Positions 1-11,776 of a stretch of DNA of 64,000 nucleotides are shown here, in pieces (within the stretch, counting starts at the first letter, position 1; the number at the start of each line of letters is the position of its first letter). The DNA lies in contig JAWQFM010000034.1 in the NCBI GenBank assembly GCA_033442325.1, positions 216,464-280,463 of the forward strand, in the 5' to 3' direction. Source of the DNA: Salpingoeca rosetta (Eukaryota; Protista; Choanoflagellata). Under the pieces are notes generated by a model, which was not told where the DNA came from, searched no databases, and saw only the letters and a program-made list of their open reading frames with translations. The position numbers were made by a program, and so were the translations under genes.

Positions 1-1380
<1,380 letters not shown>

Positions 1381-1410
1381 CAGCACTGATTCTTTTTGTT
1401 CCTCTTTCTC

Positions 1411-1457
<47 letters not shown>

Positions 1458-1623
1458 TGTGTTTGTGTGTCGACAAGTGTCGTGGCTTTTCTTTATTTTT
1501 GTTTTGACTGGCTTGTATTGGTTGGCTCTCCTTGTCTTGCTTGTGTTACACGCGTGTCACAGTACAATCACGGAGAGAAAGACAGAGACAACAACAACCA
1601 CAGTGCAGGAAACGTGGACATGG

Positions 1624-1658
<35 letters not shown>

Positions 1659-1924
1659 GGTGTGTGTCGAGTCATGCACGGTGTTTGGTTGCTTGAAGGA
1701 GATGTGGGTTGTAGGTGACGAGCCACCACCCAACACCACCCGAAACCAACGCAACACCAAAGCTGATGAAGGCTCAGTCAGTGACTTTCTTCAAAGGTGT
1801 GCACTGGTTATTGTATGGTTCATGTCGATAGCGAAAAACAAGAGAAATGCAAATGCACGACGCCAACAAAGGCGAAGACGCGGTGCATGCCAAACGCACA
1901 CACACACACACACACACACACAAT

Positions 1925-1958
<34 letters not shown>

Positions 1959-1972
1959 CGTAACGCCAGGCA

Positions 1973-4672
1973 TCACTCCTCCTCAATGGTGACACCGAGG
2001 CCTGCTGCGGTGTGCTGGATACGAGCGGCGTCCTGCGACGCGCCAATGGCCACCATGTTCTTCAGCACAAACTGCGCCTCCTTCATCTGCGCAGGGACGA
2101 GACGCTCAGAGAGTATCAGACCGAGCACAGCCTCATGCACACCTTTCGTGGCCATCAGCCGCACGTGGTGCTCGTCGCTCGCCGCCAGGTTGCTCAATGC
2201 CCACAGCGCTTCCCGGGACAGCCAGTGCAGCGACGAGTTGGAAAAGTATGCCAGCACGTCCACCACGCCCTGTTTCAGCAGCAGCGTTGTGACGTCACTC
2301 TCCCCAATCGTCACGTTGCCGATGAAGCGAATGAGCGGGCGGAACAGCGCCTGCCGCGGCGTGCACTGACGCAACAACGACAGCATGGTCGGCACGGCCC
2401 CGAGCGCAATCAAATCCGGGAGCGCCGTTGCGTCCTCAGACATGTACGCCAGCGCCCACGCCGCGTCCACCGTGGCCGCAGACATGTGCATGTGCGTGCC
2501 GAGCGTACGCAGCACGCGCAGCAGCACCGGCGCACAGGGCACAACGGCCTCAAACGACGGGCGCGGCTTGCCACGGCACAGGTTCAGCAAGCACCACACC
2601 AGCGTGCAGATGCGCTCGCGTGTTGTGCGTGACACCACGACAGCGGGCGTTGCAAGCGTCGACACAGACCCGCCGACGCGCGTGCCAAAGCTGCCATTGA
2701 GCGTGGGCGTCGCAGTGGTGCTTGTCGACATGGTGGTGATGGTACTCGTCGTAGCGGTGGTGGTGGTGGTGTCGCTTCCCTCTGCCATGCTGCGGCCACC
2801 ACCCGCACCAATGCCCTCATCATCCCCACCACCGTCCATCTGGCTGCCGAGCCCACCGATGCTGCTCATGCTGCTCCTGCTGCCGTCTTTGACATGCGCT
2901 GCGTATGCGCGTTCAAGGGCGGCGTCAAAGGAGAGGTTGTCGTTGTTCTGCAGGTGTGGTTCAAACGGAACAGCCAGCGACGGCTGCTGCCACCACACGC
3001 TTGCGTCCATCCACATACGGCGTTGCTGCATCTGCTGCTGCTGCTGCTGCTGTTGGTGCCCATGCAATTGCAGGTGCTGAAGCTGAAGCTGCGCCGTGGC
3101 TGACGTGTCACCCCCACCGACTCCACCGCCACTGCTGCCTGTCGTGGAGGTGATGGAGGATACCATGGACGCTGTCCCGGACGATGCTGGTGATGACGAC
3201 GACGTGGATGTGGTTGACGATGTTCCGGATGCTGCCATCGTCAGCGCGCGCGATGCAGACATGGCGGTGCCCGTCTGCGAAGCCGTGTTCATGGCGGTCG
3301 TGTCGGGTGGCAGGATGCCCTCAAGAAGGGAGATGAGACGGGGCAGCACGCCGCACTCCAACACCTGGTCGCGCACGTGCGGGCCGTCCCCAGCCATGTT
3401 GGCCAGCCCCCACACCGCCGTGTGCGCAAGCTCCTCGTTGTCGTCGGCCAGCAGCGTGGTCAGGATGCGGCCTGCCCCTGCGTCCAACAGCTGGCTCGTC
3501 TGCTCCGGTGTGCCCGCTGCCAAGTTCGACAGCGCCCACGCCGCCTCCTTGGCGTGTGCGGGCGACACACCGAGCACCTCCATCAGGTACAGCGGCGTGT
3601 TGGCAGCCAGCATCGTCGCAATGGGTGGCTCACCGGGCCGGCACGTGAGCAGCCGCAGCGCCTTCAAGTGCTTCATCATCTCATCAGGGTCGCCTGCGGC
3701 CGCGGCGAGCTTGTTCTGGATGCCTTGCACCTCCGCCAGCAGTGTCGCGTTCACCTCCTGCTCAACCTTCAAATTCGTGTATGCGTTGCCGGCAATGGCG
3801 CGCGGCTGGCCCACCGCCTGGCTGCCGCTTGTGGTGGCGGCGGGGTTGTTGCTGGTCTCGGTTGCGCTAGTGTCCATGCCCTTGCCACCGGTTCTTGCCG
3901 GCGACGAAGGAGACGGTGCGGGCGGCGGCGGGGTGGTGACGGGCGTGGTGCGCGGCGTGGATGTTGTGGGCGGCGGCGTGCCTGGCGAGCTGCCGAGCGG
4001 TAGGCTGCTGTTCAGCGGCTGCAGCACAGCCTGCTCAAGGCAGGCCTTGATGTCGCCGAGACAGCACGCCGACGTGCGCGTGGTTGCGGACGTCTTTGCG
4101 TGTGTCTTGGCGGATGTGGCCGAGCCCAGCCGGGCGCCGCCAGCCGTTGCCAGCGATGACGAGGATGCCGATGTTGATGATGGCGCTGATGCTGACGACG
4201 GCGAGGTGGATATGTCCAGGTCGTCGCGTTTGGTGTTGAGGGCGTCTTGCCGCGCGGAGCGGCGCTGCTGCTCCCTCGCCGCCGCCCGCATGTTGCGCAC
4301 GTCCTTGAGCGTCTTGGGCGTGTTGCGGTAGAGCCCAAACATGGCCGCAGACAGGTGCCGGCCGCCACCACCACTGCTGCCGGGCGACGCGGTGCTGGTG
4401 TTGTGGCTGCTGGGGCTGGCGGAGGTGGAGAATGTGGATGTAAACGCCGAGGACGAGGACGAGGCTGGCGACGACGCCTTGGCTGTTGTGGTGGAAGAGG
4501 AGGAGGATGCTGACGATGATGATGATGATGTGGTGACGCCACCGCGCAGGCCGCTGGCGCGCGCCGCACCGATGATGCGATGCCTGCGCTGGCGGTCTTC
4601 CTCACGCGAGTGGTCCAGGTTGAGCTTCTTCACGCTCTGGATCAATACCATCTCGTCCGTGGCGCGCTCCAT
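1973..4672 (-). CDS. Atypical importin-alpha (karyopherin alpha)-like ARM-repeat protein, ~899 aa, single exon
   Basis: ATG at 4672 (MERATDEM...). IBB-like segment LYRNTPKTLKDVRNMRAAAREQQRRSARQDALNTKR. ARM H3 motifs AAWALSNLAAG, AVWGLANMAGD, LVWCLLNLCRG, AAWALAYMSE, LIRFIGNVTIG, ALWALSNLAAS and KEAQFVLKN follow the importin-alpha W-x3-N series. Confidence 0.8.
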   Translation of the reverse strand: MERATDEMVLIQSVKKLNLDHSREEDRQRRHRIIGAARASGLRGGVTTSSSSSSASSSSSTTTAKASSPASSSSSAFTSTFSTSASPSSHNTSTASPGSSGGGGRHLSAAMFGLYRNTPKTLKDVRNMRAAAREQQRRSARQDALNTKRDDLDISTSPSSASAPSSTSASSSSLATAGGARLGSATSAKTHAKTSATTRTSACCLGDIKACLEQAVLQPLNSSLPLGSSPGTPPPTTSTPRTTPVTTPPPPAPSPSSPARTGGKGMDTSATETSNNPAATTSGSQAVGQPRAIAGNAYTNLKVEQEVNATLLAEVQGIQNKLAAAAGDPDEMMKHLKALRLLTCRPGEPPIATMLAANTPLYLMEVLGVSPAHAKEAAWALSNLAAGTPEQTSQLLDAGAGRILTTLLADDNEELAHTAVWGLANMAGDGPHVRDQVLECGVLPRLISLLEGILPPDTTAMNTASQTGTAMSASRALTMAASGTSSTTSTSSSSPASSGTASMVSSITSTTGSSGGGVGGGDTSATAQLQLQHLQLHGHQQQQQQQQMQQRRMWMDASVWWQQPSLAVPFEPHLQNNDNLSFDAALERAYAAHVKDGSRSSMSSIGGLGSQMDGGGDDEGIGAGGGRSMAEGSDTTTTTATTSTITTMSTSTTATPTLNGSFGTRVGGSVSTLATPAVVVSRTTRERICTLVWCLLNLCRGKPRPSFEAVVPCAPVLLRVLRTLGTHMHMSAATVDAAWALAYMSEDATALPDLIALGAVPTMLSLLRQCTPRQALFRPLIRFIGNVTIGESDVTTLLLKQGVVDVLAYFSNSSLHWLSREALWALSNLAASDEHHVRLMATKGVHEAVLGLILSERLVPAQMKEAQFVLKNMVAIGASQDAARIQHTAAGLGVTIEEE

Positions 4673-6267
4673 CTTTGCTTGTTGTGTGTGTGTGGGGGGG
4701 GGGAGCGGAGCGAGGAGGAACAAATGCAAGACAAGGGGCGAGGGCGAGGGCGAAGGGGAGGGGAGAGATGCAACGGAGAAGGGAAGGAAGAAGCAGAGGA
4801 GGAGGGGAAGCAGCAGATGACGCTGGCCTTGAGCGAGCAGACTTGTGTGGCTGTGTCGATCAAGATCAAAGCAGGCCCTCATGCACCGCAATGCAACTTT
4901 GATGAAGTGATGGCGAAGCGAAGTGAAGCGTGAAGCGCGTGTGTGTGGACGACCAACGCGTGGTTTGGGGAGAGCGGGGGAGGGGAGTAGGACACGAGGC
5001 CGGTTCAATGTGTCAAACGTCCATCGAAACACACGATTTGGTCGATGGATTGATTGATTGATTGATCGAATGCGAATGGAGGTGAGAGGAACACTCCAGC
5101 AAGCAGGCAAGCAAGCAAGCAAGCAAGCAAACGGCGAGTCAAAGGATGAAAGTGACCAGGGAAGGGTGGTTGACACGAGACCACACAACCAAAGAAACAA
5201 AGGGAGGTCTGTTCACCTTGTCTATGTGTGTGTCGACTGCTAAAGGATGATCAAGAGGTGGGGGGAGACAAGAAGAAGAAGAAGAAGAAGGGAGAGAAGA
5301 AGGAGGGAGGGGAACAAGGTCGCCCTGTTTCTGCGTGGTGGCGTGCTTGGTTGATGATGGCGAAGGAGGAGGGAAAAGAGAAGCAAGGCAAACAACAAGG
5401 GCAGGCACGACGCAAAACCCAAACAAAACACGCTGCCGCAAACGCGCCCTTTTCCGCTGAGTCAGCAAAACATAGACGCGGACAGATACTTTTATTGTGA
5501 GAAATGATTCGATGCGGAATCGCATGTTTTGTGCTCGTGCCGATACGCGCGCTGTCCTCCTTCGCAATCCAAACAAACAAGGGCACGTCGAGACACTGAC
5601 GCCATTGGTGCACTGGGTTGCCTATGAGCTATGGGGGTGCTGATGGATTTGGCAGAAGGGTTGCCGACCCGAATTAGCCGCAACGGAAAGCAGCAGAAGA
5701 AGGGGAGGAACAGCACGTGGTGCGGAGGACGGCGGCGGCTGATATCATCGCAGCTGCTGTTGGCAAAACAAACACAAAGCAACAGCTGAGCAAGTGCTGA
5801 CGGCAAGCGAGAGCAGCATTGACGTCGACGACGACTGTTGGCTGCGCTTGCCCAGGTACAATGAGATGACGCGCACACGGCGCACAAACAAAGGGCTAGC
5901 GAGCAAGAGAGAAGCAGAAGCAAGCAAGAGAAAAGCAAAAGGGAGGAGGCAAGTCAGAGGGTCGAAGAGAGGAGCGGAGCTAATTTTTTCCCTCCGTTGG
6001 TGTGTTGCCGCGGCTACCACAACACAACACAGCACAGCACTCGCTCGTGTGTGGGAAGTGGCGTGGATTTGGTTCACTTTTGTCGCTGTTAGAGTGACCG
6101 CGTGTTCATTTTCATCGCCGCTCACCGTCGCCAACCGACCAAGGACCAAGAAACCAAGACCCAAGGAAGGTCTCACGTAGTCAAGTAGTCCAGTCGCCAA
6201 GTCGATTCCCCACCTCGCCTCAAGCACGTCGGATCAAAGTACAGCAATTCCCTGGCTGTCAACCAAG

Positions 6268-7903
6268 ATGAAGTCCACCATTGCAACGCTTTTGCTGCTG
6301 CTCGCGGCCTGCGGCCTTGCTGCACCACCAACTTGGGCCACGCCATTGGCCGGGGCAGCTGCCGAGAATGGCGAGGGCGGCGAAGGAGGCGAAGAAGAAG
6401 GCAGCGTGAACGCCGTCATCGCACACGGTGAGCGGTTTACGCGGCGACACTGTTGTGCCCGCATGTGGTGATACTATCGTACCTGCATGTGGTGATACTA
6501 TCGTGCCTGCATCCTGTGATTTACGCCAATCAAATGTTCATGGCCTGTGCACAAGCACACGTGTATTCGTGCACGCTTCTCCTGCTTTCATCGCTTGCCC
6601 CTCTTCTAACCTCACTGCTGCGTTTGCTCTCGCTCACTGAATCTCCCGCTCACCGCCAATCATACAATGCCCACGCACCTGTCTTGCCGTGCTTCCATCA
6701 TTGCAGGCATCTGCATGGTCCTTGCCTGGATCCTCTTCTCCCCTTCCGCCATCTTCATCGCCCACTTTCTCAAGTTCCTGGGCCAAAAGTGGTTCCTCCT
6801 CCACAAGTACATGCAGGTGTGTTTGCTGTGTATGTGCTGTGTTTGCTTGTATACTGTGCTTGTTGTATTTGTTGTGTGTGTGTGTGTGTGATTGCACTAC
6901 GTTTGTTGTGTGTGTGTTCATTGTGTGTGTGCGTGTGTGTACATGTCACATGGCACATTGCTGCCCTGCCCCAACACCTCCCTAAGTTGTTCCACCACTC
7001 ACCGTGTGCTTGGGCCTTGCAGATTATTGCGACACTGCTGACGGTGGCTGGGTTTATTGCCATCTTGTCGGGCGGTGAGGCCGAGGCTGAGGGCGCACAC
7101 GGCTCCCTTGGCATCTTCCTCCTCGTCTGCACCCTCATCCAGGTATGTACGTTGTGTGTTGTGTGTGTGTGTGTATGTGTGTGTGTGTGTGTGCGTGCGT
7201 GCCTGCACCTGTGCGTGTTGGTCTGTGTGTGCACATATGTGTACGTGTCTGTGTCTGTGTCATGCTCTCACATGTCCGTCACATGTCCGTCACATGTCCG
7301 TCACATGTCCGTCACATGTCCATCACATGTCGCTCACGCAACGCTCACGCAACGCTCACATGATGCTCCTCATCCCGCCACCACCACCACGACCACCACA
7401 CCAGGCCCTCCTTGGCTTTGCCCGCAACCTCATCAGCGGTGAGCCAACAGACCCCAACGACCCAAAGGACCACGGCCCAAGGTAGGGTGCACCATGCTAT
7501 GGGCCTATGCACATGTGCATGTTTTCGTGAATTGTGCTCTTGCGTGGAACAACATCAACCACCGTTGCACGCGTCGTTGACACTGCACTGCATGTTTCCC
7601 AGCACTGCATCTATCCCTGTTTCCACCCCTCCTACAATCCCCACTGCAATCCCACCGTCCCAACTGCACTCCCACCACAACCACTGCCACGTGCGCAGGC
7701 GCTGGATGTTCAACTACATGCACTGGCTCCTCGGTGCCCTCACCACCGTAATTGCAAGTGAGTGAAAAAGAGCGCAATCGTGCATGTGTGTGTGTGTGTT
7801 TGCTGGAGGACTGCTTTGCTTTGGTTCATTTCTTCCTTGCAGCCTTGCTTACCCTATGTTACAACCCCTCTGTGTGTGTGTGTGTGTGTGTGTGCGTGCG
7901 TGC

Positions 7904-7956
<53 letters not shown>

Positions 7957-8134
7957 TGTGTGTGGTGCAGTCGTCACCATCTACCTTGGCCTTGATCTCG
8001 TGGAGATTGGCACGCCAGGATTCACAGGTGAGGAAACACAACTCACATTGTGCAAGGGTGTTCTGAAACTGTGGTCTGCCGATGATGAGGAATCAAAACC
8101 GCTGCACTGCTTCTCAAGAATGTTGGCGCCACCG

Positions 8135-8187
<53 letters not shown>

Positions 8188-8374
8188 TGCAGCGCTGTAT
8201 GTGTGGCTCGGCGTGGAGGCGTTTGTAGTGCTTGTCTCCCTGGTGATCAACCACAGGGAGGGCCACTCCAACAACGTTCTCCTGGCGGCTTGCGGCGTCT
8301 TTGCTGCCGCCGCCCTTGCATGCACCATCGTGATTGCCGTCAAGATTGGCACAGTCTCAAACATCGACCTTTGA
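6268..8374 (+). CDS. Cytochrome b561 / ferric-chelate reductase (FRRS1/CYBDOM-type b561 domain) with an N-terminal signal peptide. Exons 6268-6427, 6707-6816, 7023-7142, 7405-7481, 7699-7757, 7971-8027, 8193-8374
   Basis: Four heme-ligand His in the expected contexts: IAHGICMVLAW, WFLLHKYMQ, GAHGSLG, RWMFNYMHWLLG. There are six predicted TM helices, all junctions are GT-AG and in phase, and the N-terminus MKSTIATLLLLLAACGLA is hydrophobic. Confidence 0.88.
6455..6512. repeat. 24-bp tandem repeat (~2.3 copies; cctgcatgtggtgatactatcgt[a/g]) in intron 1 of the b561 gene
   Basis: Directly visible duplication. Confidence 0.85.
7270..7330. repeat. 11-bp tandem repeat (cacatgtccgt)n, intronic
   Basis: About 5 copies visible. 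Confidence 0.9.
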
Positions 8375-8881
8375 GAGTAATGGATTGGATATATGTGTGT
8401 GTTCTTGATTGATTGATTGATTGTGTTGTTGAGTGATTGGTTCCCACCCCCACTCCCGTATCCTCCCTTATGTTGCTTTCGTCCTCTCCTGACACCCTTT
8501 GACAGAAGTTGTGTGACTCTGTGGCGCGTTGTTTTGGTGTTTGTTTTTTTGACTGCACACGTGCACACAATATACGGCAAGCAGTGTGACCAATCATCGA
8601 GAAGAAGAAGAACGCAGTACCCACCTGAAATGTTATCGTTTGCACGTATGTAATGGAGTGAGCGATTGAGCGCTTGTGCTCCCTTGCTGCTGCCAACAGG
8701 CCAACAGAACAGAACAACAAGACAAGACAAGTAGAAGACAAACAAGAAGAAGGAAGGTTTGATGAAATGACGCACTCTGCCATGTCATCCTCGTCGTTTT
8801 CTTGCAGGCATCCTGCCGAAACATGTATGAAATCATCTATGAAACTTCCCAACTTGCATTGGATCGGCTTGTGCTGGCAAG

Positions 8882-9381
8882 ATGACGAGCCGCAAACCGC
8901 AACAACACCCACTGCAACAGCAGCCCACGAGCGAGGACGGGATGTGCGCGGAGCGGCTTGAGCGTGTTGGGGCGTGGATGGAGAAGATGGTGGTGGAAGG
9001 GAAGCTGCCGTGCGCCTGTGTGTCTGTGCTGCGCGGCAATAAGGAGGTGTACTCCCACATGTGTGGCTTCCGCAACGTGGAGGACAAGGTGCCCGTGACG
9101 GAGGACACGCTCTTCCGCATCTACTCCATGACCAAGGCCGTCACCTGCGTTGCGCTCATGAGCCTGTACGAGGAGGGCCACTTTGAGCTCACAGACCCCG
9201 TGTCCAAGTTCATTCCGTGCTTTTCCGACATGAAGGTTGCCGTTGGTGGCTCTTATCCCGACTTTGAGCTGGAGGATGCCCGTTCCCCCATCACCATCCA
9301 GCAGCTCTTCACCCACACCAGCGGCCTCACTTACTGGTGTGTGTCGTTGTCGTTGTGTGTGTGCGTTGTTGTTGTTGTTGC

Positions 9382-9473
<92 letters not shown>

Positions 9474-10560
9474 TTGTGTGTGTGTGCTTTGTTGTGTGTA
9501 CGTCGTTGTGTGTGCGCATGTGTTTGTTTGCTTGCGTGTGTGTATTGTTGTTGTGTGAGTGTGTGATGATACTTTGTACACTCCCCGCTGCACCTTCCAC
9601 TTTCCACCTTCCACTGTCCACCTTCCACACCCAACCATGCAACCCGCCACGGTTTCCCACCACCTGACCCGCGTTCTCCCCAACTTCCTCCCTGAATTGG
9701 TGTTTAGGTTCTTTGATGACGAGCTGGGCGTGAACAAGGCTTACAAGGAGAAGAAGGTGATGTTCAGCCCGCTGTTTCCAAACGAGCACGACGGCATGGA
9801 CCTTGAGAAGATGTGCGAGCGGCTGGCGTCATGTCCCCTCTTGTTCCACCCCGGCACCAAGTGGCAGTACTCCAACGCCACAGACGTCCTCGGCCGCCTT
9901 GTGGAAGTCATTTCCGGACAGCGCCTTGACACGTTCATGCAGGAGCGCATCTTCACGCCACTCGACATGCGTGACACCGCGTTCCACGTGGCTGCAGAGC
10001 ATGTGGACCGGTTCGCCCGCTGCTACACCGTTAAGCGCTCGGAGGAGGACGCCAAGAAAGGGGCGTTGCTCAGCGGCGCTGGGTTCCAGTTCCAAGGGTT
10101 TGAACGCCTGGACAACGATGCGCTGTTCATGTCCCCGCCCAACGTGTACGCGGGTGGCGGCGGCCTGGTCAGCACCCTTCGCGACTACACGCGCTTCTGC
10201 CGCATGCTCCTCAACAACGGCGTGCTGGACGGTAAGCGGGTGCTCGGGCGAAAGACGGTGGAGTTTATGATGCTCAACCACCTCAACGGCGACATGGCAG
10301 ACTACGGCATGCCGAGCTGGCTCAACATGAACCGCCACGGTGTTGGCTTTGGTCTTGGCTGGGCCGTTGTTGTGGACCCTGCACGCCTTGGAGCCATGTG
10401 CTCTGCGGGCGAGGTGGCGTGGGGTGGCATGGCATCCACATTCTTCTGGATCGACCCCAGAGAGGACATGGCGTGTGTGTTCATGACGCAGCTGGTCCCG
10501 TCCAGCGCCCTCCCGCTTCGCCGCACCCTCCGCTACCTCGTCAACGCCGCCATCGAGTGA
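8882..10560 (+). CDS. Beta-lactamase-fold serine hydrolase (class C-like / family VIII esterase). Exons 8882-9336 and 9708-10560
   Basis: SxxK motif IYSMTK (9125-9136), LFTHTSG (LLxHxxG), PLLFHPGTKWQYSN (YxN), GGGGLVST, and WGGMASTFFWIDP. A single phase-2 intron contains (GTT)n. Confidence 0.92.
9365..9471. repeat. (GTT)n microsatellite in the hydrolase intron
   Basis: Directly visible. Confidence 0.95.
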
Positions 10561-11776
10561 GCGTGTGTAATTGTGATTGTGTGATGTGATTGTGTGATTG
10601 TGTGATGTGATTGTGTGATTGTGTGATTGTGTGATTGTGTGATTGTGTGATTGTGTGTGTGTGTACATGTGTACATGTGTATGTGATCTGTGCACGCTGT
10701 GTGCATGTGCACGCTGTGTACATGTGTATGTGATCTGTGCACGCTGTGCGCATGTGCACGCCGTGTATGCGCATATGTTATGCTTACGTGAATGCGTGGT
10801 GCGATGAATGCCGTCCACATCCCCCGTTTCCTTCCACCCATGTGCATTCGAAGTGCATTCGATGTTGTTTATTTTTTGGGTGTGATTGTTGCAAGCTGAG
10901 ACCACAATACAGTGTGTGCATCATGCAGTGATGCGCATGTTGGCCTGCATGCAAAGGAAGAAGGTCCGAGTACCAAAACAGAGAGAAAGAGAAAGAGAGG
11001 ACAAGCACGCGTGAACGTGCATTCACACGCGCAGGGGCGCATCCAACACAGCCGCCACTGTGGTTCCCACCCAAAGCAGCCCCCATACGCATGCACATTC
11101 ATGGCGTGGGGGCTGGGGTTAGGAGTGGCGGTGATAGGGCTGCTGCCACCAAAGGAAAAGAGGGGAGAACGGGGAAAACGGGGGGAACTTACACATGCAA
11201 ACTCACTTGTGAGACATGCAATGCAGAGCGTTTAAACACTGCTCGCTGCATGCAACAAACAAACCACAACAACACCAACAACGACATCAAGTATCAGCAT
11301 TCAGGCCGAAAAGAAGAGCGCGTCTCTTACACAGCAACATGCATGCAGCACAGAAGAACACGGACACATTCGGTTCGCATACAAACTAAACTGGTCTTGG
11401 TCATGCACGAACCCATTGACAATCAATCAAACCAATCAAGAAGAAGAAAGAAGGGAGCAAACAAAGATAAGCTGGTGGTGGTGGTGGCGCTGCTGTTGCT
11501 GCATTTGCGGCAACAGCGTGCCGCATACGTTTGGGTATCACACACAGACACACACACACAACATCAAAACACACACAATGAAGCTGAATCCACTACTCAA
11601 GTTATGCTGACTTGATACGTCTACCCTTATGAAAAAACTGCAAATGCGTGCGGGAGACGGCGACGGTGATGCACAGTGGCCGTGTAGTGATGGCACCAGC
11701 AATGCGATGCGGGAAGCACCATCCATCCACATCCATATCCACATTCACATCACACGCCATCGCGCGTACGCTCGCG

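Noticed and set aside
1973-5200. 1075-aa ORF as the full importin-alpha-like protein
   Set aside because: The first ~175 codons start at a non-ATG codon and are simple-repeat/UTR-like; the ATG at 4672 is more plausible.
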